From an uncultured Planctomycetia bacterium (GTDB lineage: Bacteria > Omnitrophota > Gorgyraeia > Duberdicusellales > 4484-171): a DNA stretch of 46,608 nt. The notes under the pieces were generated by a model, which ran no database searches, was not told where the DNA came from, and saw nothing but the letters and a program-made list of their open reading frames with translations. Made by a program: the position numbers and the translations under genes. The stretch covers positions 29,179 to 75,786 of the forward strand of contig CAZGLF010000001.1 of assembly GCA_964526615.1 (NCBI GenBank), given 5' to 3'. This document shows positions 37,631 to 46,530 of the stretch, piece after piece. Positions within the stretch are counted from its first letter, which is position 1. Each line of letters starts with the position of its first letter.

Positions 37631-37659
37631 TTAGATTTTTAAGCCAAAGCTGGTATAAT
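37631..37659 (+). promoter_or_regulatory. Putative sigma70 promoter of gatCAB (TTAGAT, 17-nt spacer, TGgTATAAT)
   Basis: Read directly. The -10 lies at 37654..37659 with TG at 37651..37652. Confidence 0.5.
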
Positions 37660-37692
37660 TTTAAAAGTATAAAATTAGAATCAGGAGAAGTC

Positions 37693-37977
37693 ATGGTAGA
37701 TAAAAAAACCGTAGAATATGTTGGGAAATTAGCCAGGGTCAAAATAGATGAGACTCAAGCCCAGGAATTAAAAAATCAGCTTTCAAAAATAATTGATTAT
37801 ATCGATAAGTTAAAAGAAATCGATGTTGAAGGGGTTGAGCCGATGCGCGGAGTTCATATCCAGCAGAATGTTTTTCGTACTGATTCCTCCAAAGACTCAA
37901 AACTACAGGAAGATATTTTAGATAACGCTCCTTCCCGAGAGCAAAATTATTTTAAAATCCCCAAAGTTATCGAATAA
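37693..37977 (+). CDS. gatC: Asp/Glu-tRNA amidotransferase subunit C
   Basis: Size, the LARVKIDE...VEP pattern, and position ahead of gatA. Confidence 0.9.
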   Translation: MVDKKTVEYVGKLARVKIDETQAQELKNQLSKIIDYIDKLKEIDVEGVEPMRGVHIQQNVFRTDSSKDSKLQEDILDNAPSREQNYFKIPKVIE

Positions 37978-39404
37978 TGGAGAAATTATTAACATTAACA
38001 GCCTGTGATATTGCCGAAGCCATTAATTCAAAAGAATTAAATTCGGATGAGGTTTATTCTTTCTATCAAAAAAGAGCCAAAGACCTAAACCCTAAATTAA
38101 ATACTTTTGTTGAGCTTTATCCAGAAGCAATAGCTGAAAGCGGGGATTCTTCTTTAGCTGGTATTCCGATAGCAATAAAAGATAATATTTGCATAAAGGA
38201 GAAAAAGATTACCTGTGCTTCAAAAATTCTAGCAACCCATAAAGCGGTATATGATGCAACAGTAATTAAAAAAATAAAATCTGCCGGTTTAAAAATTATC
38301 GGCACTGCCAATATGGATGAATTTGCCTTTGGCTCATCAACCGAGAATTCTTGTTACGGACCGAGCAAGAACCCTTGGGATTTAACCAGAGTGGTAGGCG
38401 GGTCATCCGGAGGTTCAGCTGCAGCGGTTGCAGCCAGGTTAGCACCCTGTGCCTTAGGCTCTGACACCGGTGGCTCAATCCGACAGCCTTCTAGTTTTTG
38501 CGGAGTAGTGGGGTTAAAACCAACCTATGGGTTGGTGTCCAGGTATGGGTTAGTTGCCTTTGGCTCAAGCCTCGATCAAATCGGCCCGATAACCACCAAC
38601 TTCAAAGATTGTGCTTATCTTTTAAATATAATTGCCGGCCATGACACTTGCGATTCAACATCAGCTGAGATCAAAGCCAAAGATTATAGCCAAGCTCTTG
38701 GTAAAGAGATAAAGGGCTTGAAAATCGGTTTGCCTAAAGAATATTTTGCTCAGGGCCTAGATAGCGAAATCAAGGAAAAAATCGATGAAACTATTAATAT
38801 TTACAAGAAAAAAGGTATTGAATTTATCAAGATAAGCCTGCCGCATACCGAGTATGCAGTAGCAACCTATTATATTATTGCTTCTTCTGAGGCTAGTTCT
38901 AACCTGCAGCGTTTCGACAGTATTAAATATGGCTTAAGAGTTGAGACTGAAAGCCTAAAAGATATGTATACTGCAACTAGAGGCAGGGGATTTGGCCAGG
39001 AGGCAAAACGCAGGATATTCTTAGGAACTTATAGCTTATCCAGCGGCTACTACGACGCCTATTATTTAAAAGCTTTAAAGGCCAGAAAGTTAATTAAAAA
39101 AGATTTTGATGAAGCTTTTAGCGAGGTCGATGCTATTTTGACACCAACTTCGCCAACTCCGGCTTTTAAAATCGGTGAAAAATCTAATGATCCTTTAAGT
39201 ATGTATTTATCGGATATCTATACTATCTCAACCAATTTAGCCGGGATACCGGCGGTATCTTTTCCCTGCGGCTTTACAAAAGATAATTTGCCGGTAGGAG
39301 CTCAATTAATTGGAAAAGAATTTGATGAGAAAACATTAATAAGATTAGGTTCGGTTTATCAAGACCTAACAGATTTTCATAAAAAAGTACCGGATATTAA
39401 ATGA
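37977..39404 (+). CDS. gatA: Asp/Glu-tRNA amidotransferase subunit A
   Basis: Amidase signature GGSSGGSAAAVA...GSDTGGSIRQP. Confidence 0.95.
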   Translation: MEKLLTLTACDIAEAINSKELNSDEVYSFYQKRAKDLNPKLNTFVELYPEAIAESGDSSLAGIPIAIKDNICIKEKKITCASKILATHKAVYDATVIKKIKSAGLKIIGTANMDEFAFGSSTENSCYGPSKNPWDLTRVVGGSSGGSAAAVAARLAPCALGSDTGGSIRQPSSFCGVVGLKPTYGLVSRYGLVAFGSSLDQIGPITTNFKDCAYLLNIIAGHDTCDSTSAEIKAKDYSQALGKEIKGLKIGLPKEYFAQGLDSEIKEKIDETINIYKKKGIEFIKISLPHTEYAVATYYIIASSEASSNLQRFDSIKYGLRVETESLKDMYTATRGRGFGQEAKRRIFLGTYSLSSGYYDAYYLKALKARKLIKKDFDEAFSEVDAILTPTSPTPAFKIGEKSNDPLSMYLSDIYTISTNLAGIPAVSFPCGFTKDNLPVGAQLIGKEFDEKTLIRLGSVYQDLTDFHKKVPDIK

Positions 39405-40822
39405 ATAAATTTGAAACAGTAATCGGTTTAGAAGTTCATACTCAATTGAAGACAGAGTCAAAGATATTCTGTGCCTGCTCGACTAATTTCCAAAGCCAGC
39501 CCAACAGTAATATTTGTCCGGTTTGTTGTGGCTACCCGGGAGTTCTGCCGGTATTTAATAAGAAGGTTTTAGATTTAGCAGTAAGGGTAGCTCTGGCCTT
39601 AAATTGTAAAGTAAATAAAAATATCTATTTTGAACGGAAGAATTATTTTTATCCCGATCTTCCTAAGGGCTATCAAATCTCTCAATATAAGATGCCTTTG
39701 GGAGAAGAGGGAATTTTAGAGCTAGCTTCCGGCAAGAAGATAAGAATAAACCGGGTCCACATGGAAGAGGATGCCGGAAAACTCATCCATCAGGATAACG
39801 GTTCTTTAGTTGATTTTAACCGCACCGGGATACCGCTTTTAGAAATAGTTTCAGAGCCTGATATTAGAAACCCTGAAGAAGCCTTTGAATATTTGACTGA
39901 GCTAAAATTAATATTGCAATACATTAATGCTTCAGATTGCGATATGGAAAAAGGCTCTCTGCGTTGTGATGCCAATATTTCATTGAGAGAAGTTGGAATG
40001 ACTACCTTTGGAACCAAGGTGGAATTAAAGAATATGAACAGCTTCAAAGGGGTGAGGATGGCTTTAGCTTATGAAGAAAAAAGGCAGGAAAAAGCAATAT
40101 TGGGCGGCGAGAAGATAACCCAAGAAACCCGGCTTTGGAATCCTGATAAACAGAAGAGTTATGTTATGCGTTCTAAAGAACAAGCCCATGATTACCGCTA
40201 TTTTCCCGAACCGGATTTATTGGATTTCTCAATCGATAAAGAATTAATAGATCAAGAAAAAGAAAATGTCGGTGAACTGCCGATAGATAAAAGAAGAAGA
40301 TTTAAAGAACAATATAAAGATATTGGGCCCAAAGAACTTGAGGTATTTATAAGTAATAAATTATTGTCGGATTTCTTTGAAGATACTTTAAAAGTATACT
40401 CAGAGCCTAAAAAAGTTTCTAATTGGTTATTGGGGCCGTTTTTAGAGCAGGTAAATGCCTTAGAGGGCAGTTTTGATGCTGTTAAGATATCGAAGAAAAA
40501 CTTCTCTAAGATAATTCAGTATTTTTCACAGGGAAAGATAAACAATCTGGGAGCAAAAAAAGCATTATCTGAAGCTATAACAACCGATGAAGATGTCGAT
40601 GTTATAATAGAGCGGGAAAAGTTAATTCAGGTTTCCGGGCAAGACCAATTAAATGAGTTTATAGAAGAAGTAGTCAAGGAAAACCCAAAGCCGGTTAAAG
40701 AATTCCTCGATGGTAAAGATCAAGCAGTAATGTTTTTAGTCGGCCAGGTTATGAAAAAGACAAAAGGAAAAGCCAATCCAAAAATAGCCAGAGAAATGCT
40801 GGAAAGGAGGATAAAAGGATGA
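39401..40822 (+). CDS. gatB: Asp/Glu-tRNA amidotransferase subunit B
   Basis: GLEVHTQL, YFYPDLPKGYQISQ, MEEDAGK. C-terminal YqeY-like tail. Confidence 0.95.
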   Translation: MNKFETVIGLEVHTQLKTESKIFCACSTNFQSQPNSNICPVCCGYPGVLPVFNKKVLDLAVRVALALNCKVNKNIYFERKNYFYPDLPKGYQISQYKMPLGEEGILELASGKKIRINRVHMEEDAGKLIHQDNGSLVDFNRTGIPLLEIVSEPDIRNPEEAFEYLTELKLILQYINASDCDMEKGSLRCDANISLREVGMTTFGTKVELKNMNSFKGVRMALAYEEKRQEKAILGGEKITQETRLWNPDKQKSYVMRSKEQAHDYRYFPEPDLLDFSIDKELIDQEKENVGELPIDKRRRFKEQYKDIGPKELEVFISNKLLSDFFEDTLKVYSEPKKVSNWLLGPFLEQVNALEGSFDAVKISKKNFSKIIQYFSQGKINNLGAKKALSEAITTDEDVDVIIEREKLIQVSGQDQLNEFIEEVVKENPKPVKEFLDGKDQAVMFLVGQVMKKTKGKANPKIAREMLERRIKG

Positions 40823-42087
40823 AAAAAAGAATAGTGGTTTATTTAACGATTTTATTGTTAGGAATTTTCTATTTCACCAATACCTGTTTTTCCGAAGCTG
40901 AAAGTAAAGACGACATCTATCGGGAATTGGAGATACTAGCCGAAGGGTTAGCGGTAATCGAAGACAAATATGTTGAAGATAAGCCGGCTGAGGATTTGAT
41001 TTATGGGGCCATGGAGGGCCTTTTGATGTCATTAGATTCTTACAGCCAATTCCTGGATCCAGAAGGTTATAAAAACCTTATTATCGAGACCGAAGGAAAA
41101 TTCGGAGGTTTAGGTATCGAAATAACTATCAAAGACGGTTTATTGACTATAGTTTCTCCGATTGAAGATACCCCGGCTTGGGAAGCCGGAATCGAAGCCG
41201 GAGATGTTATTTTAAAGATAGACGGGGAAGTTACCAAAGATATCACTTTAAACGAAGCCGTTAAGAAGTTGCGCGGTAAACCAAATACCGATGTTACCTT
41301 AACTGTTTTGAGGGATAAGAGCCGTAAAGTAGAAGATGTAACTATTACCCGGGGGATAATCAAAATTCAGGATATAAGAAGGTCTTTGATTTTAAAAAAC
41401 GCTATTGGTTATGTAAAAATCGGTGAATTCAGAGAAACTACTTCTCGTGATTTAGGGAAATCCTTGAAAAAGTTGGAAAAAGAAGGCTTAAAAGGTTTAA
41501 TAATCGATGTCAGGAACAATCCCGGAGGCCTTCTTTCTTCGGCAATAGATGTTTCAAGCCGATTCTTAGAAAATGGAAGTGTGGTGGTATCTACTAAATC
41601 AAGGAGTGAAACCGAGAGAATTTACCGGGCAACTCCTATGGCCGAGAAATACTTAGATATCCCAATAGTAGTTTTGGTTAATAAAGGTAGTGCTTCAGGA
41701 AGCGAAATTTTAGCCGCTGCTTTGAGGGAAAATAACCGGGCTATTCTTTTAGGCGAAACTACATTCGGTAAAGGTTCGGTTCAAACTATAGTTCCGCTAT
41801 CAGGCGGCTCGGCTTTAAGATTAACTACCTCTAAATATTATACTCCCCAAGGCAATAGTATCCATGAAACCGGTATTACCCCGGATATTGAGGTATTTAA
41901 AGAGTTGCCTGAAGAGATTAAAGAAGATGTCTTTGAAGAGCTAGACCGCAAAAAAGAATTTGATTACCGTAAAGATTACCAAATCATAAGAGCTTTGGAT
42001 TTGATCAAAGGCTTGATGGTTCTTTCTTTAAAAGACCAAGGCACCAAAGTTTCCCAGAGCGAAAGCGGCATTCTAACTGTAAGATAA
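40819..42087 (+). CDS. ctpA: Carboxy-terminal processing (S41) peptidase with PDZ domain
   Basis: Signal peptide, PDZ (GGLGIEI...AGIEAGDVILKIDG), S41 motifs (DVRNNPGG, GSASGSEI, TFGKGSVQ). Confidence 0.9.
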   Translation: MKKRIVVYLTILLLGIFYFTNTCFSEAESKDDIYRELEILAEGLAVIEDKYVEDKPAEDLIYGAMEGLLMSLDSYSQFLDPEGYKNLIIETEGKFGGLGIEITIKDGLLTIVSPIEDTPAWEAGIEAGDVILKIDGEVTKDITLNEAVKKLRGKPNTDVTLTVLRDKSRKVEDVTITRGIIKIQDIRRSLILKNAIGYVKIGEFRETTSRDLGKSLKKLEKEGLKGLIIDVRNNPGGLLSSAIDVSSRFLENGSVVVSTKSRSETERIYRATPMAEKYLDIPIVVLVNKGSASGSEILAAALRENNRAILLGETTFGKGSVQTIVPLSGGSALRLTTSKYYTPQGNSIHETGITPDIEVFKELPEEIKEDVFEELDRKKEFDYRKDYQIIRALDLIKGLMVLSLKDQGTKVSQSESGILTVR

Positions 42088-42088
42088 T

Positions 42089-43078
42089 ATGTATACCCTA
42101 GGTATTGAAACATCTTGTGATGAAACCTCCTGTGCAATATTAAGGAATTATCGAGTTCTCTCTAACATTACGATTTCTTCTTTGAAAGAACATAAAAAAT
42201 ACGGCGGAGTAGTTCCTGAAATAGCTGTCCGGGCCCACCTAAACAATATCGATAGGGTCTTATCGCTGGCTACTAGCAAAAGTAAAGTTTCTTTAAACAA
42301 GATATCTTTAATTTCAGTAACTCAGTCCCCGGGTTTAATTGGCGCCTTAATTGTAGGAGTCAATTTTGCAAAAGGCCTCTCTTTAGCTTTAGGTAAGCCT
42401 TTTTTAGGGGTTAATCATCTTCATGCTCATCTTTTCGGGGTATTTCTTAATCAAGCTGAAAAAATTAAATTTCCTTTTTTAGGGGTAATAGTATCCGGAG
42501 GGCATACTGAAATTTATAAGGTAGATGATTTTGATAAGATTAAGATTTTAGGCCAAACCCGCGATGATGCTTGCGGTGAAGTTTTCGATAAAGTCGCTAA
42601 AGCCTACGGCTTTGGTTATCCCGGAGGCCCGATAATCGATAAATTATTTGAGCCAAAATATAAACAAGCTTTCAAGTTTAATTGCGGCAAAATCGGCCTT
42701 GATTTAAGTTTTAGCGGGATAAAGACCGCTTTGATATATAAGAAAAACGAAATCCAGAAAAAAAATTTATTCAATAGGAAGGTCAAGAAAAAACTTCTTT
42801 CTTCTTTCCAGTACAGTTGTGTTGATACAATAATTGAGACGATAGAAGAGGCAGCCAATAAATATAAAATAAAAACTATAGTTTGCGGTGGCGGGGTAGT
42901 TGCAAATAATTATTTTAGAGAGCGCCTAAAAAAGCTTGAAAATCAAGGCTTAAACCCTCTTGTTTCTCCAAAAAGCTTTGCCGGCGATAATGCGGCAATA
43001 GTTGCAGGATTAGGATTTTACCTGTATAATAAAAAAGGTAAGCAAAGCAGAATTGACTTAGAATCCAAAGCAAATTAA
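42089..43078 (+). CDS. tsaD: tRNA N6-adenosine threonylcarbamoyltransferase
   Basis: LGIETSCDETS start. HLHAHL metal motif. GGGVVAN. Confidence 0.92.
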   Translation: MYTLGIETSCDETSCAILRNYRVLSNITISSLKEHKKYGGVVPEIAVRAHLNNIDRVLSLATSKSKVSLNKISLISVTQSPGLIGALIVGVNFAKGLSLALGKPFLGVNHLHAHLFGVFLNQAEKIKFPFLGVIVSGGHTEIYKVDDFDKIKILGQTRDDACGEVFDKVAKAYGFGYPGGPIIDKLFEPKYKQAFKFNCGKIGLDLSFSGIKTALIYKKNEIQKKNLFNRKVKKKLLSSFQYSCVDTIIETIEEAANKYKIKTIVCGGGVVANNYFRERLKKLENQGLNPLVSPKSFAGDNAAIVAGLGFYLYNKKGKQSRIDLESKAN

Positions 43079-43501
43079 ATGATAAACTTATTTGATACTA
43101 TATCAAGAATTATTATAGCCTTTATTCTCGGCAGTATAATTGGTTTAGAACGCGAAAAAAAAGGCTCTCAAGCCGGATTGCGGACCCATCTTTTAGTATG
43201 CATGGGTTCGGCTTTAATTATGTTGATTTCTCTTTATATTTATGATATGTATGAAGCTAAGCCGGGGATTGATCCGGGAAGAATAGCTGCCGGTGTTGTA
43301 ACCGGTATCGGATTCCTAGGTGCCGGCACAATAATTAGAAGCCGAGAAGGCGTAAGTGGTTTAACAACAGCAGCAAGTGTTTGGCTCAGTGCGGCAATAG
43401 GATTAGCAGTTGGCTGCGGTTATATCAGCGCCGCTGTTTTAACTACTATAATCGGATATTTAGCGCTTTCATTATTAAAAAGAATCGAGAAAGAAATATA
43501 A
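43079..43501 (+). CDS. mgtC: MgtC/SapB family membrane protein (membrane domain only)
   Basis: GLEREKKGSQAGLRTHLLVCMGSAL signature. 140 aa. Confidence 0.85.
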   Translation: MINLFDTISRIIIAFILGSIIGLEREKKGSQAGLRTHLLVCMGSALIMLISLYIYDMYEAKPGIDPGRIAAGVVTGIGFLGAGTIIRSREGVSGLTTAASVWLSAAIGLAVGCGYISAAVLTTIIGYLALSLLKRIEKEI

Positions 43502-43530
43502 AGAAAATCTATTAACCAGGGGGTGTTAGA

Positions 43531-44022
43531 ATGGGAAGACGAAAAGAAGAAGAAAAAATCCTCGATGTAAATGCTGCGATGCAAGGAAGCTTAGTTTTTT
43601 CTGACCCCGTTAGCTTAAGGATAAACGGCAAGTTCGAGGGAAGCTTAACTACTAAGGGAAATCTGATGATTGGTTCAAGCGCAGATGTTAAAGCGAGTAT
43701 CGTCGGTGAAAATATTACTATTTCAGGAAGCGTTAAGGGCGATATCAAAGCAACATCTATGGTTAACCTTGCTTCAACCGCACAGGTGTTTGGAGATATT
43801 GAAACTCCTAAAATTGCGATTGAGGAAGGTGCTATCTTTAACGGTAAATGTAATATGTTAGATGTTAAGATATCTTTGGAAGACCTTTCTGAATACCTAT
43901 CAATTGAAGAAGACAAAATTATTGAATGGGTTGAAGGCGGGAAAATCCCGGTTGAGAAAAAAGGCGGAAAGCTTTTGTTTGACCGAAAAGAAGTTGAAAG
44001 CTGGATAGCTCAAAAAAGTTAA
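43531..44022 (+). CDS. Bactofilin domain fused to a C-terminal excisionase/MerR-type helix-turn-helix
   Basis: Beta-helical bactofilin repeats (INGKFEGSLTTKGNLMIGSSADVKASIVGENITISGSVKGDIKA...IEEGAIFNGKC). These are followed by LEDLSEYLSIEEDKIIEWVEGGKIPVEKKGGKLLFDRKEVESWI, an HTH_17-like pattern. Confidence 0.7.
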   Translation: MGRRKEEEKILDVNAAMQGSLVFSDPVSLRINGKFEGSLTTKGNLMIGSSADVKASIVGENITISGSVKGDIKATSMVNLASTAQVFGDIETPKIAIEEGAIFNGKCNMLDVKISLEDLSEYLSIEEDKIIEWVEGGKIPVEKKGGKLLFDRKEVESWIAQKS

Positions 44023-44045
44023 AATAGGTTCAAATATAATGATTT

Positions 44046-44079
44046 AAGCGGTTGATTACCAATCAGCCGCTTTTCTTTT
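44046..44079 (+). terminator. Rho-independent terminator
   Basis: 10-bp stem GCGGTTGATT/AATCAGCCGC (one G-T pair), 3-nt loop, then TTTTCTTTT. Confidence 0.8.
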
Positions 44080-44189
44080 ACCGACGCAGAGTTTAAAGTA
44101 TAAAAATATCAAAATAAACTGTTGCGTTGGTTATAAAATATTGTAAAATAGACTTTCTTTAAAGAACCAAAAAATACGAGGCGGTAGAT

Positions 44190-44504
44190 ATGCGAGAAAG
44201 ACTTCTTTCCACAAGAGAAGTATCTCATATTTTAAGTATTTCCGAAAAAGAAATAATAAATTTGGCCAATGCTAATCTTGTGCCCCACTATAAAGTAGCC
44301 GGTGAATTTCTACGTTTCCGTAAAGAAGATATCTTAAAGGTCAAGCCGGCTATTAAGAAAAAATACAATCTCCCTGAGCACGATCACCACACCTTGGAAA
44401 AGATGAAGGAATTTTTCTACTTCAATGATTTCTATATTATTTCTACCATTATCATAGTTTTATTGATGTGGGTTATTGTAAAAGACATTGCTTTTGGCTC
44501 CTGA
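44190..44504 (+). CDS. Excisionase-type HTH protein with a C-terminal transmembrane anchor
   Basis: LLSTREVSHILSISEKEIINLANANLVPHYKVAGEFLRFRKEDI (HTH_17 pattern) plus C-terminal IISTIIIVLLMWVIV. Confidence 0.6.
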   Translation: MRERLLSTREVSHILSISEKEIINLANANLVPHYKVAGEFLRFRKEDILKVKPAIKKKYNLPEHDHHTLEKMKEFFYFNDFYIISTIIIVLLMWVIVKDIAFGS

Positions 44505-44543
44505 ATCTCCCCTAATATTACCCCAAAACAGGGTTTAAGATGA

Positions 44544-44595
44544 ACACCTCTGAGGTGTCCCTTAAGGAAATAACCGTGTCCACCCCGTAGGTGGA
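44544..44595. repeat. Pair of short palindromic hairpins (ACACCT-CTG-AGGTGT and TCCACC-CCGTA-GGTGGA), REP-like; the second is related to 2744..2764
   Basis: Read directly. An alternative pairing CACCCC (44581..44586) / GGGGTG (44609..44614) competes with hairpin 2. Confidence 0.5.
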
Positions 44596-44718
44596 AACGA
44601 TATCCCCCGGGGTGCTTGGTAAATTTGCGAATAAATCTTGACAATACCGGGTTTAATAAATCATTTGCTTTAATTAGAAGAGTTGTTAAAATATACTCTT
44701 AACTTTAGAGGAGGGAGA

Positions 44719-45039
44719 ATGATTAATTTCGATGATTTTGCAAAATTGGATTTAAGGGTAGGGAAGATTTTAGAAGTAACACCTCATCCCAATGCTGAAA
44801 AATTATATATTTTTAACGTTGATATTGGAGAAAAGGTAATCCAGCTAGTGGCCGGAATGAAGCCTTTTTATACCATAGAGGAGCTTTTAGGAAAACGGAT
44901 AGTGGTTTTGGTTAATTTGGAACCCAAAAATATTAGAGGAACTGCATCTCAAGGTATGATTTTAGCCGGCCAAGGTAAAGACGATGTTTCATTACTGGTG
45001 TTAGATAAGGCCCTTGAGCCGGGCAGTAAAATAAAATAA
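44719..45039 (+). CDS. Stand-alone tRNA-binding (OB-fold, CsaA/Trbp111-like) domain protein
   Basis: FAKLDLRVGKILEVTPHPNAEKLYIFNVDIGE...VNLEPKNIRGTASQGMILA is the classic EMAP/MetRS-C/PheT-B2-type tRNA-binding domain. I prefer the ATG at 44719, which follows GGAGGG. Confidence 0.85.
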   Translation: MINFDDFAKLDLRVGKILEVTPHPNAEKLYIFNVDIGEKVIQLVAGMKPFYTIEELLGKRIVVLVNLEPKNIRGTASQGMILAGQGKDDVSLLVLDKALEPGSKIK

Positions 45040-45063
45040 TAAATGATAAGTTAATATAAATTT

Positions 45064-45474
45064 ATGAATACTCGATATATCGAAATATCCACTCAAGGCA
45101 ATACCGATATAATCGATATTACACCTAAAATCGAAGATATTGTTAAAAAAGAAAAGTTAGAACAAGGGCTACTGTTTCTTTCGGTGATTGGCTCAACCGC
45201 AGCCTTAACCACCATGGAATATGAATCAGGCTTGGTTAAGGATTTAAAGAATACCTTCGAAAAGGTCCTGCCTTATAAAAAAGACTATGCTCATAATTTT
45301 ACTTGGTCTGATGATAATGGGCATTCTCACCTTAGAAGCTCTTTTATTAAGACCCAATTTTTTATCTCGGTTACCACCGGCAAAATGGATTTAGGCACTT
45401 GGCAGCAAGTAGTTTTGATTGATTTTGATACCAGGCCCCGGGATAGAAAGATAGCGGTAAAGATAATTAAGTAA
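45064..45474 (+). CDS. yjbQ: YjbQ/UPF0047 family protein (secondary thiamine-phosphate synthase-like)
   Basis: GSTAALTT..., DNGHSHLRSS and LGTWQQVVLIDFDTRPRDR motifs typical of the family. Confidence 0.8.
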   Translation: MNTRYIEISTQGNTDIIDITPKIEDIVKKEKLEQGLLFLSVIGSTAALTTMEYESGLVKDLKNTFEKVLPYKKDYAHNFTWSDDNGHSHLRSSFIKTQFFISVTTGKMDLGTWQQVVLIDFDTRPRDRKIAVKIIK

Positions 45475-46328
45475 TGAATTTAACCGGCAATTTACTAGAT
45501 TTGAGGTTGGTTTTTATAGACTTAGAGACAACCGGCCTAGATGTAGTAACCGGTGATGCAATTTGTGAAATCGGGGCTTTAAAGGTTAAAAAACGCCAAG
45601 TTACCGAGAAGTTCCACAGCCTGGTAAATCCCAAAATGCCGGTTCCTACCGAAGCCTACCGGGTTCATAAAATAACCGATCAAGAATTGGAAAATGCTCC
45701 TTGTTTTGAGGAGGTAGCAGATAGGCTGCTAGCCTTCTTAAACCGCTCGGTTATCTGCGCTTATAACGCTGGGTTTGATATCGGATTCATTAATCACCAC
45801 CTTAAAAAGATGGATTATAACCCTTTGAATTTGCCAACAATTGATATTCTTTTGATGGCTAGAGATTGCTTGGATTTACCTAGATATAATCTTGAAGCAG
45901 TAGCAAAACATTTAAATATCGATTGCAGTGGGGGCCTGCATCGAGCTATTGATGACTCTTTAATTGCCTATCAAGTCTTCTTTAAATTAGTCGATTTTTT
46001 AGCTCAAAAAGGAGTGGAAAAATTGGAAGATTTTATTTCACTTTACGGCCTATCTAACGAGGTTTACCGGATAAAAGAGAATCAAAAAATAACCCTTCTG
46101 AAAGAAAAAATCGAGGGTAAAAATGAGGTTAAAATGCGCTATTTTTCAGCTGATAAAAACCTTAAAGAAGAGGTGATTTTACCGCTGCGAGTTTCTCAGG
46201 AAAGTAAGTATTTTTACCTCTGGTATCAGAGCAAAAACGCCGGCACTTTGAGAATAAGATTGAGCCGGATTTTGTCTCTAAACCCATTTTTAGAAGAGAA
46301 AGAGCAAAATTTAACAAATATTGAATAA
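45474..46328 (+). CDS. DEDDh 3'-5' exonuclease (DnaQ/PolIII epsilon-like) with a C-terminal WYL-like domain
   Basis: Exo motifs FIDLETTGL, AYNAGFDIGF, HRAIDDS. C-terminal VKMRYF...VILPLRV...YFYLWYQ...LRIRLSRIL fits the WYL pattern. Confidence 0.7.
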   Translation: MNLTGNLLDLRLVFIDLETTGLDVVTGDAICEIGALKVKKRQVTEKFHSLVNPKMPVPTEAYRVHKITDQELENAPCFEEVADRLLAFLNRSVICAYNAGFDIGFINHHLKKMDYNPLNLPTIDILLMARDCLDLPRYNLEAVAKHLNIDCSGGLHRAIDDSLIAYQVFFKLVDFLAQKGVEKLEDFISLYGLSNEVYRIKENQKITLLKEKIEGKNEVKMRYFSADKNLKEEVILPLRVSQESKYFYLWYQSKNAGTLRIRLSRILSLNPFLEEKEQNLTNIE

Positions 46329-46500
46329 TAAATTTTTAAATGCTTGATATTTAATGATTTATATAAATAAATGTCCATATATTCATTAATAATCCGATTC
46401 CCTCTTTTTCCGCTTAAAAATTCGCCACATCCCAACCCTTTATCAACCCGGGTGGTTGATAAACCTTCATAAACTTTTTTTGAGAAAAATTTGGGTTTAG

Positions 46501-46530
46501 TTGACATTTTTCAATTCAATATGGTATATT
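46501..46530 (+). promoter_or_regulatory. Strong candidate sigma70 promoter at the window edge (TTGACA, 18-nt spacer, TGgTATATT)
   Basis: Same architecture as the ncRNA promoter at 23613. The transcribed product lies mostly beyond the window. Confidence 0.45.

Noticed and set aside
43512-43916. 134-aa minus-strand ORF antisense to the bactofilin gene, and the other antisense ORFs in the track (e.g. 109..312, 1494..1772, 9869..10144, 11192..11545, 16656..16943, 21062..21418, 28423..28719, 37167..37532, 41067..41363)
   Set aside because: Each lies fully inside a well-supported gene on the opposite strand. None shows recognisable family features. They are shadow ORFs.
44432-44644. 70-aa minus-strand ORF (His/Gly/Arg-rich)
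   Set aside because: It is encoded by the palindromic hairpin region and overlaps the HTH-TM gene end. The odd composition is typical of translated repeats.
46226-46507. 93-aa minus-strand ORF overlapping the end of the exonuclease gene
   Set aside because: There is no SD. Its ATG is the complement of the plus-strand TTGACA promoter element. Its C-terminal third is antisense to a well-supported gene, and its composition becomes AT-rich junk.
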